Counted from the first letter of the stretch, positions 7,758-16,326 are shown. The stretch is 52,626 nt of DNA from Candidatus Gottesmanbacteria bacterium (GCA_963714095.1 OY970230.1:334114-386739), one strand, 5' to 3'. The notes: generated by a model not told the origin, from the sequence alone. Made by a program: numbers and translations.

Positions 7758-8084
7758 TTATTTAAGATATCTATTCACCTTTGAAGATGCGCTTACACGT
7801 TTCAATTGCTTCAGGGTAATGGTTGCAGTCTCTCCGAATACAGCGTTGTTTTCGGCGACAATAAGTCTGGCGACATTCCAAGTGAGTGATTTGGCTTCTT
7901 TCTTACCTTTCCTGCTTCCATGTAGCAGTTCATTGTCCAATATGGACCATACCGCCGCCCAAATTTCTAAACCGGTACGGCCTCTTCCCATCGCCGCGCC
8001 GATAACACCTTCTAACTCATTCCGTTCGGAATGCGGATGGTCAGGCATAGGTAATTGAGTACCAAGAGGAGATTCTTTTATCAT
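7758..8084 (-). CDS. hypothetical protein
   Basis: 108 aa, no recognisable family. Supported by a well-formed leaderless promoter: TTGTAT (8119..8114), 17-nt spacer, TATAAT (8096..8091), then 6 nt to the ATG at 8084. Confidence 0.5.
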   Translation of the reverse strand: MIKESPLGTQLPMPDHPHSERNELEGVIGAAMGRGRTGLEIWAAVWSILDNELLHGSRKGKKEAKSLTWNVARLIVAENNAVFGETATITLKQLKRVSASSKVNRYLK

Positions 8085-8317
8085 GCTACTATTATAGGAT
8101 ATTTTGACCGGAAATACAAGGGTACCGGTCTTCCGTGGTATTATTGTTTTGCAATGAAAAATAACTCATCCTTCTTTTTCTTATCTCCGGCCCGTGGTTT
8201 GCAAAAAATCCCCGCCTACGTCGCCTACAAATCCTGCACAAAACGCCTCATCCCGTTTGTCTATTAATTCCCCAATCTCCGTGTAACAAAGTGTTTATCT
8301 TGCTATAATGCACACTA

Positions 8318-9439
8318 GTGCAAATTACCCACCCCTTGAACATTCTATTTGTCTACCTCGCCAAGCAGCGCGATAGCCGCGTGGACATGGAGATTGATAT
8401 CACCGAACTGTGGCACCTGGTTGAAACACTTGGAAACGCACGCGTCATAGATCTAATTTACCAAAAAGGTGAAGAATTCGCCTCAACCTATATCGGCCCG
8501 GGGAAGGCATCGGAGGTCGGTGAGTACCTCAAAACCCATCCCACGGACATCATCGTATGTAACGGCCAAATGAAACCCAGCCAAAAATTTAATCTGTTAA
8601 AGCTCTATTGGTCTCTTAGGCCGAATATCCAAATCTGGGACCGGGTAGACCTTATCCTCGCCATATTCTCCCGTCACGCGCGCACGACCGAGGCCAAACT
8701 CCAAATAGAGCTTGCTCGGATGTACAGCATGGGGCCCAGGATTTACGGCATGGGCATGGTGCTTTCGCGCCAGGGCGGCGGGATCGGAGGACGCGGCATC
8801 GGGGAAACAAATACGGAACTCATGCAGCGGCACTGGAAACGCGAAATTGCGCGCACCAAAAAAATGCTCGCGCAGTCCGCTGCCACGCGCCAACACCAGA
8901 TGGACCACAGAAAAAACCTCGGACTACAGACGATCTCCATCGTGGGATACACAAACGCAGGGAAAACATCGTTGTTTAACCTGCTCACGCATAAAAAACA
9001 TCTGGTGGAAAACGCTTTGTTTGCGACGCTGGACAGCACAGTCGGAGAAATATATATGCTGAGTCTCGGAAAAAAAGTGCTGATCTCTGACACCATCGGA
9101 TTTATCGCCAACTTGCCGCCATCCCTCATTGAAGCATTTAAATCAACGCTCATGGAGTCGGTCCACGCCGATGTAGTGCTCCATATCATCGATGCATCAG
9201 ATCCCCTGATGATGGAAAAGATCAAAATCGTGAATGACATCCTTACTCAACTTCACATTCCGCTTGAAAAAGAAGTATTGGTGTATAACAAAATTGATGC
9301 TATACCTGCCTTGGATAAACAAAAAATATCAGCGGCTGCCGGCGCCATTCCTCATGTCTTTATCTCCGCCAAAACCAAGGAAGGGATCGAAACGCTCACA
9401 TCAATAGTGCTTCCACAAATAATTCAAAAGGGTTTGTGA
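8318..9439 (+). CDS. hflX: GTPase HflX
   Basis: 373 aa. Contains GGIGGRGIGETNTE, the G1 motif GYTNAGKTSLFN, LFATLD and DTIGFI. GTG start 8 nt after an extended -10 (TGcTATAAT, 8301..8309). Confidence 0.9.
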   Translation: MQITHPLNILFVYLAKQRDSRVDMEIDITELWHLVETLGNARVIDLIYQKGEEFASTYIGPGKASEVGEYLKTHPTDIIVCNGQMKPSQKFNLLKLYWSLRPNIQIWDRVDLILAIFSRHARTTEAKLQIELARMYSMGPRIYGMGMVLSRQGGGIGGRGIGETNTELMQRHWKREIARTKKMLAQSAATRQHQMDHRKNLGLQTISIVGYTNAGKTSLFNLLTHKKHLVENALFATLDSTVGEIYMLSLGKKVLISDTIGFIANLPPSLIEAFKSTLMESVHADVVLHIIDASDPLMMEKIKIVNDILTQLHIPLEKEVLVYNKIDAIPALDKQKISAAAGAIPHVFISAKTKEGIETLTSIVLPQIIQKGL

Positions 9440-9468
9440 CCCTGATTCCGTTCATCTACTAATCCCAT

Positions 9469-10224
9469 TTATTTTTCAAACTTCCTCACAACCGCGCGGT
9501 ATTTGCAAAAGTCGCAATCCGGTCCTGGTGCGGGTAAATGCTCGCTTTGCAAGCATTTAATCGCATCGTAAATCGTTCCTGCGACCCATGAATCGTCACC
9601 GACGTAGGGAATGATTTTGATATCAAATTCCAGCTTCCCGTCGAACGCTTTCTTGTCGGTATTCCCGTTGCAGTACACAAAATATCCGGTATCGGAAACG
9701 GTAAACCCGTTCTTCCGGAACAGCCACTGGTAAATTTCCATCTGCCGCTTGTACCCTATCTGCCAATCGGCATCCAGCGTGACTTCCGCATCCTTAGCCG
9801 TGGATTTGTAATCTACAATACAAATCTCTCCGTCAGGCTTCACCCACACGTCATCCACCCCACCGGTAACCACGACATTCGTGCCCTCGATTCGGAATGT
9901 AATCCCCGCACGCAAAGAATCGCGCCACTCGTTCATCTTTTCGTGCGCGAGCGGCACGGCATCAATACCGTAATGTTCCATCAGTGGATGCCGCGTGCCT
10001 TTGGCCCTGTGGATATCAAATTCTTTTTTGAGGAGCTTATCGACCGCGGAATTGAGGGAAAACGGATATCCCGGCGGCTGCGCAACGCCCAATTTTCTAT
10101 CCAAATAAAAGCACCGCGGACAGTTGATAAACAAATCCACCTTCCCCCTGCTCAACCTAAATAGATCTTTAGAGGTTGAATCATACTTATTTCTCGCGCG
10201 GTTTGGATTGTAGTATTGAGACAT
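9469..10224 (-). CDS. Cas4/AddB-like PD-(D/E)XK nuclease with a putative Fe-S cysteine set
   Basis: 251 aa. N-terminal CPRC. Nuclease core GGVDDVWV..GEICIVDYKS and QMEIYQWL. C-terminal C-x13-CDFC. No cas genes or CRISPR array nearby. Confidence 0.75.
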   Translation of the reverse strand: MSQYYNPNRARNKYDSTSKDLFRLSRGKVDLFINCPRCFYLDRKLGVAQPPGYPFSLNSAVDKLLKKEFDIHRAKGTRHPLMEHYGIDAVPLAHEKMNEWRDSLRAGITFRIEGTNVVVTGGVDDVWVKPDGEICIVDYKSTAKDAEVTLDADWQIGYKRQMEIYQWLFRKNGFTVSDTGYFVYCNGNTDKKAFDGKLEFDIKIIPYVGDDSWVAGTIYDAIKCLQSEHLPAPGPDCDFCKYRAVVRKFEK

Positions 10225-10244
10225 ATATTTTAAATTACAAAAAA

Positions 10245-11015
10245 TTATTTTAACCGATAATTTCCTCTACCCGTAAATTCAAGATATCCCTTATCGCGTA
10301 ATACCTGTAGCTGCTGTCTGATTTTATCTTTAATATGATGATTATCTAAATGTTTAACGCTTAATTCGTTTTCGAATACATAGATGTCACTAAGCGAAAA
10401 ATCTCTGCGTCCAAGCCTTTCGACGCATAACATGACATCCAATAGCCACCCCTTTGCGCTTAATTCTTTTTCTTCCCGTAAAAATATCGTCTTTTGCCAG
10501 TCTGCCAATACCTTTTCTTTCGGCTCAATCTGTTTTTCTTTAACAAAAAATATTTTCCCAGCTTGCGGAATACTTTGTAAATTAATGGTGCATCCTACCC
10601 AACCCGCCCGCTCTGCTGTGGACGCAAGCGGCGGTCTTTTCTCAATAATTCCGGGGATAAAAAAATGTTTTGGTATGACAAAGAAATTCTGCACTTCAAG
10701 ATTTGGTAAATTGTAGTGAAGTAAAAATAGATTTGGATTGTTACTGCTATGCAACCGCTCAATCATGGTGCGATATGCGCCATCGACTATTTTTGCCCCA
10801 ATAGCGTTTTGTTTGCTTTTTAACTCATAATCTTCTTTGCAATTGCTGCAATAGAAATCAGCAACCGGCTGATTATTCGGATATTTATCAATATCCATGT
10901 GACCACAATTCGGACAAAAAACCGATTCATCAACCCAACGTTCCGTCAAAACACGGGCTTTCTGTGATAAACTTGTATAATTGACCGCAATCTGCTGATC
11001 AAATGCTAACTTCAT
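10245..11015 (-). CDS. DpnI-family methyl-directed (GmATC) restriction endonuclease
   Basis: 256 aa. From memory it is collinear with pneumococcal DpnI: SQKARVLTERWV, CPNCG, PVADFYCSNC, ELKSK, DGAY, NNPNLFLL, RAGWVGC, and the C-terminal winged helix NHHIKDKIRQQLQVLRDKGYLEFTGRGNYR. Confidence 0.85.
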   Translation of the reverse strand: MKLAFDQQIAVNYTSLSQKARVLTERWVDESVFCPNCGHMDIDKYPNNQPVADFYCSNCKEDYELKSKQNAIGAKIVDGAYRTMIERLHSSNNPNLFLLHYNLPNLEVQNFFVIPKHFFIPGIIEKRPPLASTAERAGWVGCTINLQSIPQAGKIFFVKEKQIEPKEKVLADWQKTIFLREEKELSAKGWLLDVMLCVERLGRRDFSLSDIYVFENELSVKHLDNHHIKDKIRQQLQVLRDKGYLEFTGRGNYRLK

Positions 11016-11084
11016 ATCAATTTATAATTACCCTCCCAGCGCAAGCGATGGTAAAATTATACTCCGCTCACGCACACGAATCGA

Positions 11085-11807
11085 TTATTTTGATACTGAT
11101 TCGAGCGCTTTTTGGATTTTATCAATTTGATCAACTGATAAGGATATTTTATTCACATTAGCCTGAATTCTTTCCAGTAACCATCTCGCGCCGATAACGC
11201 TAATACCATCGATAAGTTTCCTTCCGAAACGGACAGATGCAAACCTGCTAGAAAATACCAGAATCGGCTCGACAAGAGGAATTTCAATATTCAAATATTT
11301 AAAATAATTATATAACTCGCTTGCTTCGCTATTAGTTTGCCATAGAAAATCCTTTTCAAATTTTCTTCCATACCTGAGCAGTTGCTGCCCATCATACGAT
11401 ATACGACCTGCATGGCTTTTTACTTCAATAGCAAATATTCCGCTCGGACCAATTACAACAAAATCAATATTTGACTGTTTGTCCGGCAAAACTACGTTTG
11501 CTACTACTATATATGATTTTGGTAAACCTTCGAGAATCTTTTGGACAGATTCTTCGCCGCGAAGACCATATATGTAATCCCACCTTAGCATTATCTCCTC
11601 ATTTATCGGTTCCCTCATCACTAAGTAGATCAGAAGCACGATCACTCCGATAATATTGGCTTCTGGCTGTAAAAAGTGAAATTCTATAAGAAAAATTCCA
11701 TACGAAATTACCGCAATAAAATAGATATAAATAAAAAATAGGCCATATATCGAATGATCATTCTTCTGTTCTTCTAAATAAGTATCTTTTCCAATGATTT
11801 GGGCCAT
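11085..11807 (-). CDS. NERD (nuclease-related domain) protein with N-terminal TM helices
   Basis: 240 aa with two N-terminal hydrophobic helices. Then GLRGEESVQKILEGLP, IDFVVIGPSGIFAIEVKSHAG, the NERD signature. Leaderless-type promoter: TACTAT (11819..11814), 6 nt, ATG. Confidence 0.8.
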   Translation of the reverse strand: MAQIIGKDTYLEEQKNDHSIYGLFFIYIYFIAVISYGIFLIEFHFLQPEANIIGVIVLLIYLVMREPINEEIMLRWDYIYGLRGEESVQKILEGLPKSYIVVANVVLPDKQSNIDFVVIGPSGIFAIEVKSHAGRISYDGQQLLRYGRKFEKDFLWQTNSEASELYNYFKYLNIEIPLVEPILVFSSRFASVRFGRKLIDGISVIGARWLLERIQANVNKISLSVDQIDKIQKALESVSK

Positions 11808-11846
11808 ATTTTAATAGTACTCCCCTCATGCGGGAAAGACGAGAAA

Positions 11847-12260
11847 CTAATGTGCGGGCAGGGTGGGCAGAAGGGTGAGACGCGGATCCTGTGCATGAAT
11901 GCCGATAAGACTTAGCAGAAGCTGGCGCCGGGCATCGATGGACAACGCCTCTTTCGTCTCATCATACGCAAAACAAGTAGAGAGATCGACTTGAACTCCC
12001 ATAACCGCGGGTTGTTGAAAACTATCCGGATTATTTTTGAGGGACAGGAGTGCCCGCACCCCTTTCTGTACACATTGGTCCAGCCATGCTCCGGATAAAC
12101 AGACGGAAACCGGTTCGTGATACCCGGTCTTGGCGAGTAACTGCTCAAGCACGCCGTCGGAAGAACCGACAAGAATTGCACCGGACTCCTTCTTCTCCAT
12201 CGCCCACTGGCGGACAGTATCCGGACTTTCCGTGATGAAAAACTCAAACTCTTTAGCCAT
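11847..12260 (-). CDS. hypothetical protein, tandem paralog A (137 aa)
   Basis: Start set at MAKEFEFFI (ATG at 12260), with TTGCTT-17-TATACT-7-ATG immediately upstream. The upstream part of the ORF-track ORF is promoter DNA read through. Confidence 0.6.
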   Translation of the reverse strand: MAKEFEFFITESPDTVRQWAMEKKESGAILVGSSDGVLEQLLAKTGYHEPVSVCLSGAWLDQCVQKGVRALLSLKNNPDSFQQPAVMGVQVDLSTCFAYDETKEALSIDARRQLLLSLIGIHAQDPRLTLLPTLPAH

Positions 12261-12318
12261 GAACGGCAGTATATTACGCGCCGCAGGCAGAAGCAACCGC
12301 ACGCGGGAAAGACGAGAA

Positions 12319-12738
12319 CTAGCGCGGGAGCGGGATCGGGGCGGGCAAAAGGGTAAGCCGTGGGTCGTAGCCAGCATCCCAGAGCCTTATTTTCAACAGT
12401 AAACTTCGCTCTTCCGGAAGTATTTCTATTTGTCGTTCCGCTTTTGCCAGACACCTCGTCAGATCTACGGTCACACCGGACACGCGCCGGTCTGGGAGGT
12501 GCTTTGCAAGAAGACTGGGCGTAAGGAGAATGCCCGTGGCCCATGTGATGCACTGTTCCAGCCAAGCGCCGGAAATCCGGGTAGAGAAATCATCTGCAGG
12601 CGCGGTATGATCCTGCAAATATTCCAGCAACTGGTCGGAATTGCCTACGATGATGGCACCTGCCTGTTTTCGCTCAGCCGCCCATGCAACAACTTTCGGA
12701 TGCTCTTCCCGAATGAAAAACTCAAACTCCTTAGCCAT
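12319..12738 (-). CDS. hypothetical protein, tandem paralog B (139 aa)
   Basis: Start at MAKEFEFFI (ATG at 12738), with TTGATT-17-TATACT-7-ATG upstream. Homologous to paralog A along its whole length. Confidence 0.6.
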   Translation of the reverse strand: MAKEFEFFIREEHPKVVAWAAERKQAGAIIVGNSDQLLEYLQDHTAPADDFSTRISGAWLEQCITWATGILLTPSLLAKHLPDRRVSGVTVDLTRCLAKAERQIEILPEERSLLLKIRLWDAGYDPRLTLLPAPIPLPR

Positions 12739-12813
12739 GAGCGGCAGTATAGTACGGGCCGGGAGTAGAATCAACCTTGCATTTGTCCGTTTCGTGTGCT
12801 ACGTTCGGGGTAT

Positions 12814-13461
12814 ATGAATAAAAAAACTCTTGTTCTCGTTGTAATACTTGTTCTTCTGGTTCTCGGCGGCGGTGCGTATGTCATGAAGCACAAATCCGCC
12901 GGTGCACCCGCAGCTCCCACAACCGCGGTAACTGCAAGCCCCACCAAGGCAACAACAGCTGGGGTCCAGGGCACGCTGAAAAGCCTTTTAACCTCGGGTG
13001 AAACGCAAACCTGTACATTTACCAGCCAGAAACAGGCAAACACAACCGGAACCATCTATGTATCGGGCGGCAAAATGCGGGGCGATTTTACCTCAACAAA
13101 CCAGGGACAAACCGTCACCGGTCATATGATTGTTGATTCCGGATACAGCTATATCTGGACGAACCTCATCAAACGGGGTATGAAAGTAGCCATTTCCGAA
13201 ACGCAGGCTACCGCAAGCGCCAACAGCCAGGGCATGGATGTGAACCAGGCGGTCTCCTACATATGCAAACCGTGGGTTGCGGATGCATCCGAATTTACCC
13301 TGCCAGCTGATATCACATTTACGACATTTACCATGCCGCAGAGAGCTGCAGGCGGAACCGGGGCTAGCCCGGGAATTACCGCCACGTCCGAATGCAGCGC
13401 ATGCGACAGCTTACCTGCCGCAGCGCAAAGCGCGTGCAAGACGCAGCTGAATTGCCAGTAA
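12814..13461 (+). CDS. membrane-anchored/secreted hypothetical protein
   Basis: Start moved to ATG 12814 (MNKKTLVLVVILVLL..., a signal anchor). Ala/Thr-rich linker and Cys-containing C-terminal domain. No family recognised. Confidence 0.6.
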   Translation: MNKKTLVLVVILVLLVLGGGAYVMKHKSAGAPAAPTTAVTASPTKATTAGVQGTLKSLLTSGETQTCTFTSQKQANTTGTIYVSGGKMRGDFTSTNQGQTVTGHMIVDSGYSYIWTNLIKRGMKVAISETQATASANSQGMDVNQAVSYICKPWVADASEFTLPADITFTTFTMPQRAAGGTGASPGITATSECSACDSLPAAAQSACKTQLNCQ

Positions 13462-13524
13462 ACGGAATAGGCCTCTTGACGGTGTTGACTGAACGCTGCT
13501 CCTCGACTACTATGGACTTAAAAC

Positions 13525-14295
13525 ATGGACAAATCAGCTGAGCCGGTACAGGAAGACAACACGAAACAAACAATCATCGTACCTCCTCTGCCCCTCCCGT
13601 GGTACCGGCGGATCCTCAATAAATTCCGGACGAACAAAAACATCGGGATCTACCTCGGTGGTCTCATTTTACTGATAACAGGGTACATTATTAGCCAGGC
13701 CACGCTGCACCAGCAGGGTTTGCCGATACGGGCCGGAACCAACACCGTCAGGATTTCCATCCAGCCGGCAACCAATTCCATGCCACCGAAGACTATATTT
13801 CAGATCTGGGCAACGGCAAACAATCCTGTTGCATTCGTTACAATAAAAATAGTCTTTGATCCCACAGTTGTAAATCTGACCGGCGAAGTCTCCACCGGTC
13901 CTTCCCCCTTAACCCGCGTGATAAAAAAAACATCCATGAATGAGGCTAATACCACAGGTATTATCAATCTCACCCTGGCTCTGGATCCCGCGAAGCGTTC
14001 ATCGCCGCCACGGGGCACCTTTGAGGTGGCTACCCTTCCCATGGCTCCCAACACCAATCAGAACGTTATAACCACCCTGCACATGGATGCTTCCGTCATG
14101 CAGGTCGTCAATCCTGATTCGACAATCTTCACTATAACGACGATCGACAGTACCCTCACCCTCAATCCTCCTCCTCCGACCGCTACCCCGACCGCGACAC
14201 CGACACCAACCGCCGCCGCGACCGCAACACCAAGGGCGTCACATACGCCCACACCCACCCCCGCCATACCTCCTCTCAAACGGAATAATAGATAA
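13525..14295 (+). CDS. membrane-anchored surface protein, possible cohesin-like beta-sandwich plus PT-rich tail
   Basis: 256 aa with a TM anchor. IFQIWATANNPVAFVTIKIVFDPTVVNLTG is cohesin-like (weak call). The C-terminus is made of PTATPTATPTPT repeats. Promoter TTGACT-17-TACTAT lies 11 nt upstream. Confidence 0.6.
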   Translation: MDKSAEPVQEDNTKQTIIVPPLPLPWYRRILNKFRTNKNIGIYLGGLILLITGYIISQATLHQQGLPIRAGTNTVRISIQPATNSMPPKTIFQIWATANNPVAFVTIKIVFDPTVVNLTGEVSTGPSPLTRVIKKTSMNEANTTGIINLTLALDPAKRSSPPRGTFEVATLPMAPNTNQNVITTLHMDASVMQVVNPDSTIFTITTIDSTLTLNPPPPTATPTATPTPTAAATATPRASHTPTPTPAIPPLKRNNR

Positions 14296-14318
14296 CAGAG
14301 TTACGCGGCACGATGAGC

Positions 14319-16007
14319 CTACCAGCCCCCGCCGCCCCCCCCGCCGCCCCCGCCGCCGGAGAATCCTCCCCCGCCGGAGAAACCGGAGGAAAAGCCTGTC
14401 GAAGATCTGGTCGTCACCGACTGTGCAAACGACACCGCTGCCGTGCGGCCGAGACTGTTGGCAAAAATAACCGTATTGAACGGACTGCCTGTCGGAGAAA
14501 CGTACCATGTGGGTTGTGTGATACCCAGGTCCGCAAACCTCTTTGCCCAAATTTCTTCTACGCCGAAAGCGATGGCATAGGGCAGGAGTTTTTCAAACAT
14601 CATCTGCTTACTTGCCTGAAATTTCAATTCGCTCTTCTGGCTCACGAGAAAATTCTTGAGTGACCGCGCAATGGCAGCCTGTTGCGACCCATATTCGGTC
14701 TTTCGCGGCATGTTTTTACCGAAAATGAGGGCAATAAGAAACAAAAGGAGATTGCCGGACAGAAGGGCAAACCCCGCCAATACGTAATATTTCGTGCGCT
14801 GTGTCTGCGGATTCTCGGGGAAAAAACCGTCGGCAACAAGCGAAGAATAAATGTCCTGTTTCACGGCGTCAAACGGAACAGACAGGTCCAGATCCGCAAA
14901 AGAAACGCGTTTCTTCTTCCCGAAAATCCCCTTCAGAAGCTCGGTCTCAAATGGTTGAATTTCCGAATCCGCAGGAGCGTTCCAATCCTTCTGTTTTTCA
15001 AACTCGAACACTCCTTTTGTCTTCTCGATAATATTGAGATATCCACGGCGTGCCAGATCCACAATGGTCGCGTATATATCACGCAAATCCGCCGACTCAT
15101 CAATCAGCGTGCCTGTCTCCGCAGGCGTTAGCTCCCGCAGTTTCTGGTTTTTCGGCGGGCTAAACCACGCGGGGACCTCCCCCATCGCGGGCTTGGGATC
15201 GCGGCCCGATACCCACCATTTGCGGATAACAAAAATAGGAGCGACAACATACCACACCAGTGCCGCGATACCGAAAATGGCAAGGGTAATTTTCCCGGCC
15301 ATGGTTGAAAGGAACGGTACAACTTCGAGCGGCTCCAACTGGGCAGCTATTCCTTTCGGAAACCCGACGACCATGGTCGCGCCTTCATATGCCCCAAGCG
15401 GCCGGCTCACGCTCACCGTCACGCCGCTATCCGTTTTTGAAATCAGACAGTCCTTCCCCGTTGAACCCTGCGCCCCTACAAAGCAGGAAACGTTTAAATC
15501 CGCGGCGGCGACTGGGCGCGGCAGCGTCACGGTTGCAGACGCTTCACCAACCGGTACCTGCCAGCTGGTGCCCACGGCATTCCAGTAAAGTTCATCATGC
15601 CCGGGAAAATACGTAAGGGCCCCGGCAACACGGTAGGAAATAATGTACCAGTGCAGGCCGGTTATCGTTTTATACGGATCACCTATTTTTAACTCATCCG
15701 TATCTGAATTCTGCGACTGTGTATACTGATACGCATTTCCCTGTTCATCGGTAACGGAAACGTTCGTGATGGTCATCGCGTACTTTTTTCCGTCAGCATT
15801 GGTTTTTATGTACGGGATATCACGGTAAATGCCGTGCCGCTGCGTATCAAAAAAATAATCGATGCGTTCGGTGACATCGATAGTGCCGTCGGGTTTGATG
15901 GCAACGGAGGTATCGTAACTCTGGATGTGTTCCCCGCTTTGGGCCCGAACAATCCCGGGTAGTACGAAACAAAAAAGTGAGAGAGTGAAAATAAATACTT
16001 TTTTCAT
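14319..16007 (-). CDS. DUF2207-family membrane protein
   Basis: 562 aa. Signal peptide, N-terminal IQSYDTSVAIKPDGTIDVTERIDYFF...HGIYRDIP, central TM helices and a Gly-rich tail GFSGGGGFSGGGGGGGGGGGW are typical of DUF2207. Confidence 0.85.
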   Translation of the reverse strand: MKKVFIFTLSLFCFVLPGIVRAQSGEHIQSYDTSVAIKPDGTIDVTERIDYFFDTQRHGIYRDIPYIKTNADGKKYAMTITNVSVTDEQGNAYQYTQSQNSDTDELKIGDPYKTITGLHWYIISYRVAGALTYFPGHDELYWNAVGTSWQVPVGEASATVTLPRPVAAADLNVSCFVGAQGSTGKDCLISKTDSGVTVSVSRPLGAYEGATMVVGFPKGIAAQLEPLEVVPFLSTMAGKITLAIFGIAALVWYVVAPIFVIRKWWVSGRDPKPAMGEVPAWFSPPKNQKLRELTPAETGTLIDESADLRDIYATIVDLARRGYLNIIEKTKGVFEFEKQKDWNAPADSEIQPFETELLKGIFGKKKRVSFADLDLSVPFDAVKQDIYSSLVADGFFPENPQTQRTKYYVLAGFALLSGNLLLFLIALIFGKNMPRKTEYGSQQAAIARSLKNFLVSQKSELKFQASKQMMFEKLLPYAIAFGVEEIWAKRFADLGITQPTWYVSPTGSPFNTVIFANSLGRTAAVSFAQSVTTRSSTGFSSGFSGGGGFSGGGGGGGGGGGW

Positions 16008-16074
16008 GACAAGCTGATGAAATTATACCCCATTGAATTGCAAATTGGCAGATATGAGGTATACTGGCGGCACG

Positions 16075-16326
16075 ATGGATGACATACTGACGGTTGGCGA
16101 GGCTGCCCAATTCCTGAAAAAACATCCGGGGACGATCCGGCGGTGGATTATTGCCAAAAAGCTGAAAGCCAAAAAAATTCCTGCCGGAGGGACGGGCGTG
16201 TTTGTCATCCTCAAAACCGATCTCTTAGAATTTTCGATCGCAAAGATGGTGAAGGTTGAGCACAAACCCAAAAAAGAAACGAGGCAACCGGCTCCCCCGT
16301 CGGGGCAGGAATCACTGCCGATCTAA
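16075..16326 (+). CDS. helix-turn-helix (excisionase/MerR-type) DNA-binding protein
   Basis: Start set at MDDILTVGEAAQFLKKHPGTIRRWI (ATG 16075). TTGCAA-16-TATACT lies 9 nt upstream. Confidence 0.7.
   Translation: MDDILTVGEAAQFLKKHPGTIRRWIIAKKLKAKKIPAGGTGVFVILKTDLLEFSIAKMVKVEHKPKKETRQPAPPSGQESLPI

Larger units (their letters stand above)
11827..12775 (-). repeat. tandem duplication of a ~475-bp promoter-gene-tail unit (2 diverged copies)
   Basis: Both units share the promoter geometry, the first 9 codons, internal motifs, the C-terminal DPRLTLLP, and a conserved post-stop tail. The tail reads ttctcgtctttcccgc on the minus strand (plus strand gcgggaaagacgagaa at ~11830 and ~12304). Confidence 0.6.

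Noticed and set aside
7582-8058. 158-aa plus-strand ORF overlapping the DUF192 3' end and the 7758..8084 gene
   Set aside because: It starts inside DUF192 in another frame, has low-complexity Ser/Leu-rich content and no promoter or SD. The opposite-strand ORF has a complete leaderless promoter.
8055-8267. 70-aa plus-strand ORF in the hflX upstream spacer
   Set aside because: No SD or -10 box lies at a suitable distance and the sequence is unremarkable. It is probably non-coding spacer.
9469-10224. Cas4-like nuclease as evidence for a CRISPR-Cas locus
   Set aside because: The window contains no cas1/cas2, effector genes or repeat array. The Cas4/AddB fold is widespread outside CRISPR systems.
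11912-12565. 217-aa minus-strand ORF spanning both tandem paralogs in another frame
   Set aside because: It is an Arg/Ser/Pro-rich alternative frame of a GC-rich region. It crosses the inter-unit promoter and has no homology signal. The MAKEFEFFI frames, each with its own promoter, explain the DNA better.
14335-14342. C8 homopolymer as a possible phase-variation tract in the DUF2207 gene
   Set aside because: It lies in the last few codons (the poly-Gly tail), so slippage would only alter the extreme C-terminus. It is an unlikely on/off switch.
14160-14380. Short-period repeats (PTATPT codons, poly-Gly codons) that might be mistaken for a CRISPR or tandem-repeat locus; similar runs occur at 16980..17090, 17750..17830 and 46540..46660
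   Set aside because: The repeats are in-frame low-complexity linkers of surface proteins. There is no repeat-spacer periodicity of 25-40 nt.
16075-16326. Excisionase-like HTH gene as a sign of a prophage or integrative element
   Set aside because: No integrase, recombinase, att-like direct repeats or phage genes are nearby. The tRNA in the window is 10 kb away and shows no flanking duplication.
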